Assembly (NCBI GenBank): GCA_030390025.1
Contig: CM059431.1
Location: 124,498,001 to 124,562,000 of the forward strand
Direction of reading: 5' to 3'
Length of the DNA: 64,000 nucleotides
From: Squalus acanthias
Taxonomy: Eukaryota
A program made the translations under genes and the position numbers. Position 1 is the first letter of the stretch. Each line of letters begins with the position of its first letter. Positions 50,390-62,099 of this stretch are shown here, in pieces. Below the pieces are notes generated by a model, which saw only the letters and a list, made by a program, of their open reading frames with translations, had not been told where the DNA came from and searched no databases.

Positions 50390-51619
50390 AAAGTACTTAC
50401 CATAGGCATTCACAAGTGATGTGACTGCTTCTGTCGGAAACTGCTTGTTGAAAGCTGTTAACCTTGATAAATTGGCTAACTCAAGAAAATGCAAGGCCTT
50501 GATGTCTGCAAACCAAGCAAAAAACTGGATGGTGGTGTCATCTATTATTTCAAAATAGATTCGGGCAAACACCGTGCCTTCATTTTCAATGAGGCAGCTA
50601 CAGTTTCAAGTATTTCCATGTTCTTTGCGACTTAGATTCTGATTTTTTTTCTCATTCTTGCTGAATTTGTAACTTGCAGTAATTCACACCTGTGGGTTTT
50701 TTTGCTGTAGAATATCATACAGAGAAGCTGTAATATTAAAGAAACCATGGGAGGAAAATGCTAAGAAAAGAAATTGGGTAACTTTTAGAGCCAAGAGATA
50801 AACAGAAGCCTGCCTTCAAGATTCACCATCCTAAACAGTGCCATTCCCTGGTAAACAGCACACAGACTATCTCGCTCTTTGAGGATTGCCTATAACACTC
50901 TGCTGTTTGATGTCCATTGCACAGTATACATCTAGGATATTCTTCCTGCAACTAGGTCCAAGAGCTCAGTTAATTTACTTCAGCAAGTGGTAAATGCTAC
51001 AAATTCTGAAAAGAACCAACATGTTTGTTTGATGCACTGTGCCCCCTACTGCAGAATAAAGTTCAAACAGTGCACAAAAAGAGCCTGTGGAACATTTGTT
51101 TTTATGAGTGCCTGCAAACCTTCAAGCTCACCAGCCATCACAGCTGCACTGTTATATGACTGAGAAACCACCTTTATTTCATATTTGTATTTGGTGATTA
51201 TGGAGTAGATCCCTTGCTTCAAAGAAATTGCTGTTCTGTCTAAACTAACGTCTTTACAGTCCATAAACCTTTCCGATGTTTCCCATATCTATCCACATAC
51301 CAAAACCAGTGACAAATGGCTTAACTAAGATATATCTGTGGTATCATCCACTTCGCAGGTAAAAGAAGTAAAATCATTGAATTTCTTGTCGAGGTACGGC
51401 AATATTTCTGCAGTTATGCAAGAGGTTAACTCATTTCCAATTGTCCTGGAAAACCCCAAAATACGGGCATTGTTTTGAGCCACTGGGCTCTCAGCTCAAC
51501 ATTGTGATGAAAATAGTAATCAAACAATTGCTTGTAGTTACCTTGATTGACAGCTCAAATGACTCATTGTGATTCTAAAGAGCAAACTCTTGGTGAGATA
51601 AAACAACAGTGATGACAAT

Positions 51620-53291
51620 GGGGGGAAATTATGGGAAGGTCAGTGGGCGCATTCGGTGGTGGGTCGGGTGGGAAATGTTTTTTTTCACAGCGGGTCGGGA
51701 ACGCAGCGGCAGGGGAGGCAATTCAGGTCATTTTGACCATGTTAGCAGCACATTAAGAAGTATTTTGAGCTCACCTTTACATTTTACTAGGTCGCCTTCT
51801 GGGTCCGTACTGCTCAGCGATCATGTCAGGTAAGCAGGGCAGGAGTTGTATGACCGGGGGATCATCTCATTACTTGACAGCTGCAAATGTGCTATAAAAG
51901 CTCTCATCTCACAGCTGTTCACTTTCCAAGCTCAGAAGCTGTTGCTTACTGCATTTGGAAGACAGATTGAGCTTTATGCAGGTTACAAGTGTTTGGAGCA
52001 AACTCTCTATCCAGTGTCACCTCTTTGGAACAACCTCTCTCACCACTGACAGATCGCTTCTGACATCTCAAGTTTACCTGTCATCTATTACATCAGCATC
52101 AGTGCCCTTGAAACTATCTCACCTTGGTCCTCAGAACCCCACCACAATCAGCCCCAACACCAGCAGCACCAGGCACACCAGCAGCACCAACAACAACACC
52201 AAACTTCTACACAATCAACTGATACTGCACAGGACACAGGGCATCAGCACCTGACCATATTGCTGCCCGAGAGGCCAGAGCTGGCCTCACCATGGCCAGA
52301 TTTACTTCACTTGATAATGTACAACCTGACTGCCACATGATACACCAGATTGGCACCCCCCCCACTACAATGCCCAAGCCTCATTGTAGGGGGGGGGGGG
52401 GGGTTTACTGTTATGTCTCACCATTCACAGCAACTCACTAAGCCACTTCCAAAGGTGCGCACAATTCTGTCTAAGAACGCAAAGTGTTCAAAATAAAGGT
52501 TTCAATGTTTGACACCACATTAACATTGCATAAAACACCCAAGTGCCTACACTTGTGTGTTGTCAGTTGGTATGATTGCACTAGGATGAAGGTGAGTGTG
52601 AGGGGTGGCTAGTGAGATGGGGAAGTGATAATGTAGATAGAGAGGGATGGGTGGAAGTGCAAGGTAGGTTGGTGTGAGTAAGGATATCCAGGAGTAGGGT
52701 TAGGAAGGCAGATGATGGGGATGTGATGGGTGGCACAGCCGGATGAGATTGAGTGTGGCTTTGCAGTAACATTTCATGATCTACTGAGATAATTGAAAGG
52801 TTTGCGCCACTGCAGTCTGGTCCTCCTGATGACATCCCTGCTTGTGTCCTCCTGTGCAATGTGCAACCAGGCTGCGTTGGTCTCCTGGGGAGGTCTCTTC
52901 CGCCCATTGGAAGGGAAGAGAACCTCCCTGTGTGCTGTTGCTCCCTCCATAACCAGATGGAGGGAGTCATGGGAGAGTCTGGGTGCAGCTGTGCACCTTT
53001 GTGCAGTGCTTGTCAGTGCTTGCAGCACCTCAATGCTGTAGAACACTGACAGCACAACTGTCAAACTAAATTTGTGCATGGTCCCTTTAAGGAAACCGGC
53101 TGATGACGCGTCATCAAATGACGTCACCAGACCCGCTTCCTTCAATTGGACCGACAAACGCGCTGGGCGAGCTTAACATGCCCAATCAACGTAAAATAAT
53201 TTTCGGCAGTGGGCTGAAGCCAGTAGCGAGGTCAGGACCCACCACTGACGTCACCCACCACCGACCCGCCGAGGTAGGGGAAATTGCAGCC
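51620..53291. mobile_element. Harbinger E: deletion derivative with Myb exon 1 (about 53030-52775, minus)
   Basis: Degenerate TIR; TSD AAT; AAPRLSHDSL..HREVLFPSNG..AAWLHIA..RTRLQWRKPFNYL. Confidence 0.8.
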
Positions 53292-53980
53292 AATGATTCT
53301 TTTCATCACTTCTAGATTTTACCGCACATTTTCACTGCATTGTAAGATTGCAATACGCCGTTGTTGGCAAAATAAAAGTGCACGCCCTTATTAGTGAGTA
53401 AAAAAATCTAGCAATTTGTTGTGAGGAAGAGATACGCCATGAGTTGCGAATCACCACAAATTGTTGATTAAGCTCCCAGTGACTTTCAAGAAATTGCTGG
53501 TTTTGCACTTTAAATACGAATTAAACTCACCACAGAAAGTTAATCTGGTATTTCACAATATAAGGACCCTATTAATGATGAGATTTATGTCCTGACATGC
53601 CACTCAAACGTGGAGACCCAGAAAGGGAACAATTGAAACTGTGGAGTCTCACTCCTGCAGGTATTAAATTGCTCCCAGAGGTTTTTAAAATGTTAAATGT
53701 CAAACTTTAAATGTTTTTCTTACTTTTCTTTTCTGTCTCTTATTTTCTCTCTCTTGATCCAGTCTTCATTTCTTTTTCTGTACCTAATTTGACTCTTAAT
53801 CACCTTGTTTCCTTCCCCGTCGTTCACTCTGTTTCTTTCTCTATCCTCAAATTTCATTGTTTAAGGAGATAGATTATTGGTCCCGTAATTCACCAAGGTC
53901 CCAGTTGCCCCGTTGCCCTCACTGCGCCGTTATTAATTCACACTTCTAGAAATTTGCGGCGCAAAATTAATTGGAGCTGA

Positions 53981-55871
53981 TATGAAAGTAAGCTTGCAGG
54001 GAACATAAAAACTGACTGTAAGAGCTTTTATAGATATGTGAAGAGAAAAAGATTAGTGAAATCAGGTGTAGGTCCCTTGCAGTCAGAAGCGGGGGGAAGT
54101 TATAATGGGGAACAAAGAAATGGCAAACCAATTAAATGCATATTTTGGTTCTGTCTTCACAAAGGAGGACACAAATAACCTCCCAGAGATGTTGGAGAAC
54201 ATAGGGTCTGATGAAAGGGAGGAACTGAAAGAAATCAGTATTTGCAGGGAAATGGTGTTAGGGAAATTGACGGGATTGAAGGCCGATAAATCCCCAGGGC
54301 CTGATAATCTACATCCTAGGGTACTTAAGGAAGTGGCCCTAGAAATAGTAGATGCATTGCTGATCATCTTCCAACATTCGCTGGAATCTGGAACTGTACC
54401 CATGGATTGGAGGGTAGCTAATGTTACCCCACTATTCAAAAAGGGTGGTAGAGAGAAAGCGGGGAATTACAGACCGGTAAGCCTGACATCGGTAGTGGGG
54501 AAAATGCTAGAGTCCATTATAAAGGATGTAATAGCTGAGCACTTGAAAAACAGTGACAGGATCGGACAAAGTCAACATGGATTTACAAAAGGTAAATCGT
54601 GCTTGACTAATCTACTGGAATTTTTTGAGGATGTAACTGGGAAAATAGATAAGGGAGTACCAGTAGATGTGGTGTATTTGGACTTTCAAAAGGCTTTCGA
54701 TAAGGTCCCGCATAAGAGATTAGCGTGTAAAGTTATGGCACATGGGATTGGGGGCAAGGTATTGACTTGGATAGAGAACTGGTTGGCGGACAGAAAGCAG
54801 AGAGTAGGAATTAATGGATCTTTTTCTGAGTGGCAGGCAGTGACTAGTGAGGTACTGCAGGGATCGGTCCTTGGACCCCAGCTATTTACAATATACATTA
54901 ATGATCTAGATAAGGGAACTAAATGTAATATCTCCAAGTTTGCAGATGACACAAAGCTGGGTGGGCATGTGTGCTGCGAGGAGGATACTGAGAAACTCCA
55001 GGATGATTTGGACAGGTTGGGTGAGTGGGCAGAAGCGTGGCAGATGCAATATAACGTGGATAAATGCGAGGTTATCCACTTTGGTGTCAAAAACAGAAAG
55101 GCAGACTATTATCTGAATGGCAATAGATTGGGAAAAGGGGAAGTGCAACGAGACTGGGTGTCCTTGTGCACCAGTCGCTGAAGGTAAGCATGCAGGTGCA
55201 GCAGGCGGTGAAGAAGGCAAATGGTATGTTGGCCTTCATAGCGAAAGGGTTTGCGTATAGGAACAGGGATGTCCTGCTGCAGTTGTACAGGGCCTTGGTG
55301 AGACCACACCTTGAGTACTGTGTGCAGTTTTGGTCGCCTTATCTGAGGAAAGATGTTCTTGCCATGGAAGGAGTTCAGCGAAGATTCACCAGGCTGATAC
55401 CTGGGATGGCAGGAATGACATATGAGGAGAGATTGGGTCGATTGGGCTTATACTCGCTGGAGTATAGAAGAATGAGAGGGGATCTCATCGAGACATATAA
55501 AATTCTGACAGGTCTGAACAAACTAGATGCAGGAAGAAAGTTCCCGATGGTCGGAGAGTCCAGAACCAGGGGTCATAATCTAAGGATAAGGGGTAAGCCA
55601 TTTAGGACAGAAATGAGGAGGCATTTCTTCACCCAGAGAGTGGTGAACCTGTGGAATTCTCTACCACAGAAGGTAGTTGAGGCCAAGTCATTAAATATAT
55701 TCAAGAATGAGTTAGATATATTTCTTAAAGCGAAAGGTATCAAGGGATATGGGGAGAAGGCAGGTACAGGGTACTGAGTTTGGATGATCAGCCATGATCT
55801 CATCGGATGGCGGAGCAGTCTCGAGAGGGGCCGAATGGCTTACTCCTGCTCCTATCTTCTATGTTTCTATG
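53981..55871 (+). mobile_element. CR1 LINE, 5'-truncated, young; ORF2 with one frameshift near 55155
   Basis: 358-aa and 203-aa ORFs with the full RT motif set (KSPGPD, YRPVSLTS, QHGF, DFQKAFD, FADD); TTTCTATG tail. Confidence 0.95.
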
Positions 55872-56126
55872 ATCGATGAGGAAAAATATCCAACTCAATG
55901 TTTACCGTGAGATGCCCTGCTTCAGCAAATTTTGGACCATTGTCTCAATTGGTGTTTCTACCCTCTCCATACACTCAGAGAAACTTAAATTTGAATATGT
56001 TCTTGAGAGGAACAATGTAAAGATGCAGTGCTAGATTTTTTTCTAATCACAATAAACCTCGTTCATCCAAGTGCCTTGTTTATTTGGCAATAGCAGGCAA
56101 GACCAAACTTATAGCCTGTTACTTAC

Positions 56127-56267
56127 TGCACTGCCAGTTACCACTTAATATTTTCATACCAGGAGGTCTGCAATTCCTGTCTTTCTTTATGACTTGCAAC
56201 ACTGTTGTCATCCTGCCTTCTTTCATAATTGTACCCTTCTCCTCTCGAGATCGAAGAAAAAACCCTT
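56127..56267 (-). CDS. Candidate 141-nt exon of an unidentified gene
   Basis: TTCTTAAACAG acceptor, GTAAGT donor, open phase-1/phase-1 frame GFFLRSREEKGTIMKEGRMTTVLQVIKKDRNCRPPGMKILSGNWQC. Confidence 0.35.
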
Positions 56268-56414
56268 CTGTTTAAGAACACACACGGTATCACTATCAGT
56301 CGACACCAATGCCATTTTCTAAACAAGGCTTCAACTCAAATCCCGTGAATTTTCATTTCAGTGGGAAGTTGTGCCCAACTGCAAATCTGCCTTCCTCCTC
56401 ACAGTCTCAGACAG

Positions 56415-56566
56415 AGAGGTGTGATTGGAGAATGTGGCTGTCAATCGGAGTCTGTGGGGAGGGAGGCAGAGTTGGAGCTGGTATCATTGATGGCCTATTG
56501 GATTGTAGAGCAGGGTCTGAGTGGCGGGTGGCGCGCCGCAGAGAGAAACATAACTCAAGCCATGGC
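56415..56566 (+). promoter_or_regulatory. Candidate promoter and first exon ending ATG-GC
   Basis: Two ATTGG (CCAAT) boxes near 56424 and 56496; GC-rich GTGGCGGGTGGCGCGCC; Kozak GCCATGG at 56562 followed directly by GTAAGT. Confidence 0.5.
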
Positions 56567-57210
56567 GTAAGTGAGTATCCCTGGTCTCCAAAAATCTAAC
56601 TGCTCACTGCCCTTTGGCACTGAAATATAGATGGTATGTAGACCTGTCAGGATGAAGGGGTAATGACAGTCCCCTGGGACGGCCTGTTGACATCCATTAT
56701 TCGGTGAAGAGGGTCACACATAAGCTGTACTTTGCACTCTGGTCAATTCAGCAATTCAATAGAGGCTCATTTCCCTCTCCAACTGAGAGTTCACATTGAT
56801 AGACAAGCTAATGAAGTTAATAGCACTTGTAAATAAAGTATCTGCCACTTTCCTGCTGCACCTATTAACAGCTGACTGGGATATATTGCAGGCTATCATT
56901 ACTTTCACTACTACAAGGAGGGCAGTGGGAGTTCCTCAGGTGGGATGGAGATCCAGTTGCTACATGTCACACAGTTTTTGGATTGCTTCTTTATGGAAGC
57001 AGTGTTTCTGGATATACTACTCCTGGGTCAGATTCAAAAAGGTACATCAAGGTCAGTACCTTTCAATGGCTGAGTACTGATGGACAGGGAACAGATGCTT
57101 TTGCTATTACCAGACCCATCCCATCCTCCTATGTTACTCTTCCTCTTATAACAACAGAAAACGCTGGAAAAACTCAGCAGGCCAGGCAGCATCCGTGGAG
57201 AGAGAAAGAG

Positions 57211-57247
57211 AGTTAACGTTTCAGGTCGATGACCTTTCATCAGAACT
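57211..57247 (-). ncRNA. Minimal hammerhead ribozyme in the 3' pLTR
   Basis: AGUU-CUGAUGA-AAGGUC AUC GACCU-GAAA-CGUU-AACU. Confidence 0.8.
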
Positions 57248-57525
57248 GGGAAGAGCCGGAAATCAAATAGATTTAAGGCCAGGGTAAAGCTGGGAAAAGG
57301 GGGAGGGGATAAAGGAACAAAGGGGGAGATGAAGAGACATAAAGAGACATTAAGAGATATGCAAGGCTAGAGGTGGTGTTAATGTGACAGATTAAGGCTG
57401 AATGAAGTGTGAAATCCACTGGCAGAATGAAGGACAGCTGCCAGCTTCTAGGAGGAAAAAAAAAGGTGGGGGGGGACAAATAAAAGGGTGGATAAAATAA
57501 AATATAAATGTGATTGGAGCTGAGG

Positions 57526-60185
57526 TTATGATCTAAAATTGTTGAACTCGATATTGAGTCCAGAGGGCTGTAGCGTGCCTAAACGAAAGATGAGGTGCTG
57601 TTCCTCGAGCTTACGCTGAGCTTCCGTGGAACAGTGTAATAGGCCGAGGACGGTGAGGTCAGAGTGGGAGTGAAGCGGTGAATTAAAGTGACAGGCCACC
57701 GGGAGCTCGGGGTCCCCCTTACGGACTGAACGGAGGTGTTCCGCAAAGCGGTCACCCAATCTGCGTTTGGTCTCCCCAATGTAGAGGAGTCCACATCGTG
57801 AGCAGCGAATACAGTATACTAAATTGCAGGAAGTACAAGTAAATCGCTGTTTCACCTGGAAGGGGTGTTTGGGGCCCTGGACAGTGGGAAGAGGGGAGGT
57901 ATAAGGGCATGTGTTGCATCTCCTGCGTGTGCACGGGAAGGTGCCGGGTGAAGGGGAAGGGGTGCTGGGGGTGGTAGAGGAGTGGACTAGGGTGTCGCGG
58001 AGGGAGCGGTCCCTACGGAATGCTGAAAGGGGAGGTGAGGGGAAGATGTGTTTGGTGGTGGGATCACGCTGGAGGTGGCGGAAATGGCGGAGGATGATCC
58101 GTTGAATGTGGAGGCTGGTGGGGTGAAAGGTGAGGACAAGGGGAACCCTATCGTGGTTCCGGGAGGGAGGGGCAGGGGTGAGGGCAGATGTGCGGGAGAT
58201 AGAACGGACACGGTCGAGGGCCGTGTCGCCCACGGTAGAGGGGAATCCTCGGTTGAGGAAAAAGGAAGACATGTCGGAAGCACTGGTATGGAAGGTGGCA
58301 TCATCAGAGCAGATGCGGCGGAGACGGAGAAACTGGGAGAATGGAATAGAGTCCTTACAGGAGGCGGGGTGGGAGGAAGTGTAGTCCAGGTAGCTGTGGG
58401 AGTCGGTGGGCTTGTAGTGAATGTTAGTCAATAACCTATCCCCAGAGATGGAGATGGAGAAGTCGAGGAAGGGAAGGGAAGAGTCGGAGATGGACCATGT
58501 GAAGGTGAGGGAAGGGTGGAAATTGGAAGCATAGTGAATGAAATGTTCTAGTTCAGGGCGAGAGCAGGAGACGGCACCGATACAGTCATCAATGTACCGG
58601 AAAAAGAGGTGAGGGAGGGGACCCGAGTAGGACTGGAACAAAGAGTGTTCCACATATCCCACGAAAAGGCAGGCATAGCTAGGACCCATGCGGGTACCCA
58701 TAGCAACACCTTTAATTTGGAGGAAATGGGTAGAGTCAAAGGAGAAGTTGTTCAATTTGAGAACAAGTTCAGCCAGGCGGAGGAGGGTGGTGGTGGATGG
58801 GGACTGGTTGGGCCTCTGTTCAAGGAAGAAGCGGAGCGCCCTCAGGCCATCCTGGTGGGGAATGGAGGTGTAGAGGGATTGTACGTCCATAGTGAAGAGG
58901 AGACGGTTGGGGCCGGGAAACTGGAAACTGTTAAAATGGCGGAGGGCATCGGAAGAGTCGCGGATGTAGGTGGGAAGAGACTGGACAAGGGGAGAAAAAA
59001 TAGAGTCGAGATAGGAAGAGATAAGTTCCATGGGGCAAGAACAGGCTGAAACGATGGGTCTACCGGGGCAGTCCTGTTTGTGGATCTTGGGAAGGAGGTA
59101 GAAGCGGGCTGTGCGGGGTTGGGGAACTATGAGGTTGGCGGCCGTGGGGGGAAGATCTCCAGAGGAGATGAGGCCAGTGACAGTCTTGGACACGGTGGCT
59201 TGATGTTCGGTAGTGGGGTCATGGAGGTAGGAGGAGGTGTCAGAGAGTTGGCGTTCAACTTCCGCTAGGTAGAGGTCGGTTCGCCAAACAACAACAGCGT
59301 CACCCTTGTCAGCAGGTTTAATGACAATGTCAGGGTTGGATCGGAGAGAATGGAGTGCTGCAAGTTCAGAGGGAGGTAGGTTGGAGTGAGTGAGGGGAGC
59401 AGAGAAATTGAGCTGGCCGATGTCACGGCGGCAGTTAGCAATGAAAAGATCTAGAGAGGGTAAGAGGCCAGAGGGAGGGGTCCAGGTGGAACGAGAATTC
59501 TGAAAGCGGGAGAAAGGGTCAGCCGTGCGGGGGGAAGACTCCTGGCCAGAGAAGTGGGCACGGAGACGGAGGCGGCGGAAAAAGAGCTCAGCATCGTGCC
59601 GAGCTCGAAATTCATTGAGATGGGGGCGTAAGGGGATGAAGCTCAGGCCTTTGCTGAGGACTGATCGTTCGGAGTCAGAGAGGGGAAGGTCAGAGGGGAT
59701 AGTGAAAACGCGGCAGGGGGTGAGATTGGGAGAAGGGGGGTCAGAGGAAAGTGAAGGGGAAGAAGGTTCCGGAGGGGCTTTAGTATCCAAGAGTTGTTGA
59801 AGCTTGCGATCCTTGACATCGGAAAGGAAGAAGAAAAGTTTTTTGTTGAAGCGTCGGATGAGTCTAAGGATGAAATGGAACTGTGGACCCGGACAGCTTT
59901 GAGATAGAGTGCGTCGGTGCTGCTGAAGAGAGATGTCGAGAGTGTTCATGTGGCGCCGCATGGCGTTGAGCGTGGATCTCAAGATGCGGCGAGAGCAGTA
60001 GTTCGAGGAACGATGAATATCTTGGAGATATTTGTAATCCTGGGTGGATCCGAAACACGAAGGGTGGAAGTTTAGTTGGAATCCACGTGGGATAAGTCGG
60101 AACCGGAGACAGTTGCTGAGGAAAGTAATGTGGCTGTGAAACCGAGTCTTGGCAGATATCTGATCAAACACGAGAAGGGAAACTG
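57526..60185 (-). CDS. PLE reverse transcriptase + GIY-YIG endonuclease (native start missing)
   Basis: IKPADKG, FYLLPKIHK..PGRPIVS, MDVQSLYTSI, GVAMGT, RYIDD, CTRRRCNTC, VYCIRC..LYIGETKRRL..RFAEH; the first about 12 aa in the ORF track come from flank and TSD. Confidence 0.93.
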
Positions 60186-60719
60186 ACTCTTCCTCTTCAT
60201 CTGTTATGCCCGTTAAGTACAATGAAATTATCAGAATGAATGCCCCAGGATGAATGCCCTATCTAGATTGAAGTGATGGGGTGGAGAGGCGAAAACATTT
60301 TCTAGTTAAACAGATGGACAGAACCTCCACAGTGCTTCCATATATAGAAATTAAATAAAATGGCTGTAAACCAAAAATTTGCCAGCATTGTAAATAAAGG
60401 GCTAGTGACCGCAAAGAGTAACTTCTGCCTTTATGCAGAATGCCTTGATGATGCCTTTTTTATTTTAGGCATTATTTACATCAGATAATGATTGCTGCAT
60501 AACAATGGAAGATGCAACTATATTGTATTCCCTTGATTTAAATATGTTTGCTGAACAGTTGGCCAGTGCTTGGTGTGCCCAAGATCACCTCTGGTGGTAA
60601 TTTGAACTTGCAAGAATATGGTTGGCGATGCAGTGGAGCATATCCCAGGCCATTTCTGAACCCCACTTACCCTTCTTGCTGGCCTCCCAAGCTACAGCCT
60701 CCATGTACTCCAATATTGA

Positions 60720-61125
60720 CAAAATGTTGCCATCCACATCCTCTCTGTATTATGTCCTGCTTGTGCTCACCAACCTACATTGGCTCCCCATCTTCCAATG
60801 TATTGATTTCAAAATCGTCATCCTCATCTATAAATTTTCCATGGCCTAACCCTAACCTAATTCTGTGGCCTCCGCCATCACCCTTGTGCGCTTTTCTAAA
60901 TGCTTCATTCCTCTGGCTTTCTGTGCATTCCCCCTCCACCATCTATGGCAGAGCCTGTTCGCTAGAATTCCAGTTTCCTTCCTAAACTCCTTCATTTTGT
61001 TCTCTCTCTCTCTGCTGGTTATCTTCTCAAAAGCTACCTACTCAACCATGCCTTTAATTGCTTCTCCTTATTTCCCACTTATGCATGGTATCCACTTTAA
61101 CTCCTCTAACCTTGGGACACTTTGC
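60720..61125 (+). mobile_element. Old L2 3' fragment
   Basis: LTNLHWLPIFQCIDFKIVILIYK (LHWLP..FKI motif). Confidence 0.65.
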
Positions 61126-62099
61126 TACAATGTATGGACTCCAGTGTTACCAGCTGTTTTGGGGTGAGATCCGTAAAAGTCAGTTTTAGGATCGAGTGAG
61201 TGATGAATGCCTAACTGCGCAATAGGATGGGAAGGTTCAGAGGAGGACAACATAAATAGTCTCAACAGAGAAACAGCTTATCACTTCTCAAACTAATTAA
61301 TAATATAAAACTAATTAAAGGAAACCTTAATAACTGTACTGTTCTCATTACCTACTTACAAATCTTACTACCCGAATATTAAACTTTCAAAATCTTTCAG
61401 CTTATTCACAAATTTACATAATGGAATAATAGACCATCACAGTAAAAATTTTAACAAGAATGTCCAGTGAGTCCATATTATGTATTATTTAGAAACATAC
61501 ATGCCAATCTAGAAAATTAACAAAAACAAACAGCCCCCACAAAGCTGACAGCTCAATAACAGCTCTAAATATGGACCTTGTGACATGTGAAGGTGAGGAG
61601 TGACACTGAAAATACAGGGGATATTGGTGTGTTATAACTTAAACTGCCAGCATGCGCAACACTCAATCACTTTTATCACAACATTTTAAAAAAAATGAAA
61701 GTACATGAAAGGGTAGTTTGTAGCAGTGGTGGACTTAGAACCAACTGAAGAAAGATGTGAATGCTTGAAAACATAAGATTTATTTTCTAGGATGATCCAT
61801 GGGCATGCCCTCCCTCAAAAATGATGCTTTTTGACACTCAGTGCATGTTATAGTATTTTAAAACCTGCTGTAATTCTGTCTTTCAATTCAAAAATAATTT
61901 ATCTTGGTAGGGTTACAGATATATGGCATAGAATTTCAGCAGGGTCTCTACAACGAGGGATTGGCAGAACCCCTGAAGAATTGCTAAAAACGGTGGCTTG
62001 TACATTTTCTCCAGGAGTTTCCACTGATCTTCCATTGAATTTGTGGCAGGATGAAAATCATTCTAAGAACTTCAGTACAGCTTTACAGGTTTAAAATGA

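Larger units (their letters stand above)
47950..53370 (-). pseudogene. Decayed hAT (Tip100/ZMYM1-like) transposase in three pieces (53370-53295, 51616-50393, 48303-47950)
   Basis: NQGNYKQL, EVDDTTDIS, SQSYNSAAVMAGELEGLQALIK..ALFVHC, and dimerisation-like PVTTVKIERSFPCFKCIKSCLR. Confidence 0.8.
57148..60185 (-). mobile_element. Penelope-like retroelement, nearly full length
   Basis: 12-bp TSD ACTCTTCCTCTT (57136-57147 / 60186-60197); one uninterrupted ORF; 3' pLTR with hammerhead. Confidence 0.95.

Noticed and set aside
53380..53975. Further DNA-element-like fragment (similar fragments near 3120-3490, 5200-5500 and 43190-43580)
   Set aside because: Both ends and a TSD could not be defined, so these were not annotated.
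60186..60222. N-terminus MYLTGITDEEE of the 898-aa ORF as a real start or host fusion
   Set aside because: The start codon is TTG, and these codons come from the TSD and flank outside the element.
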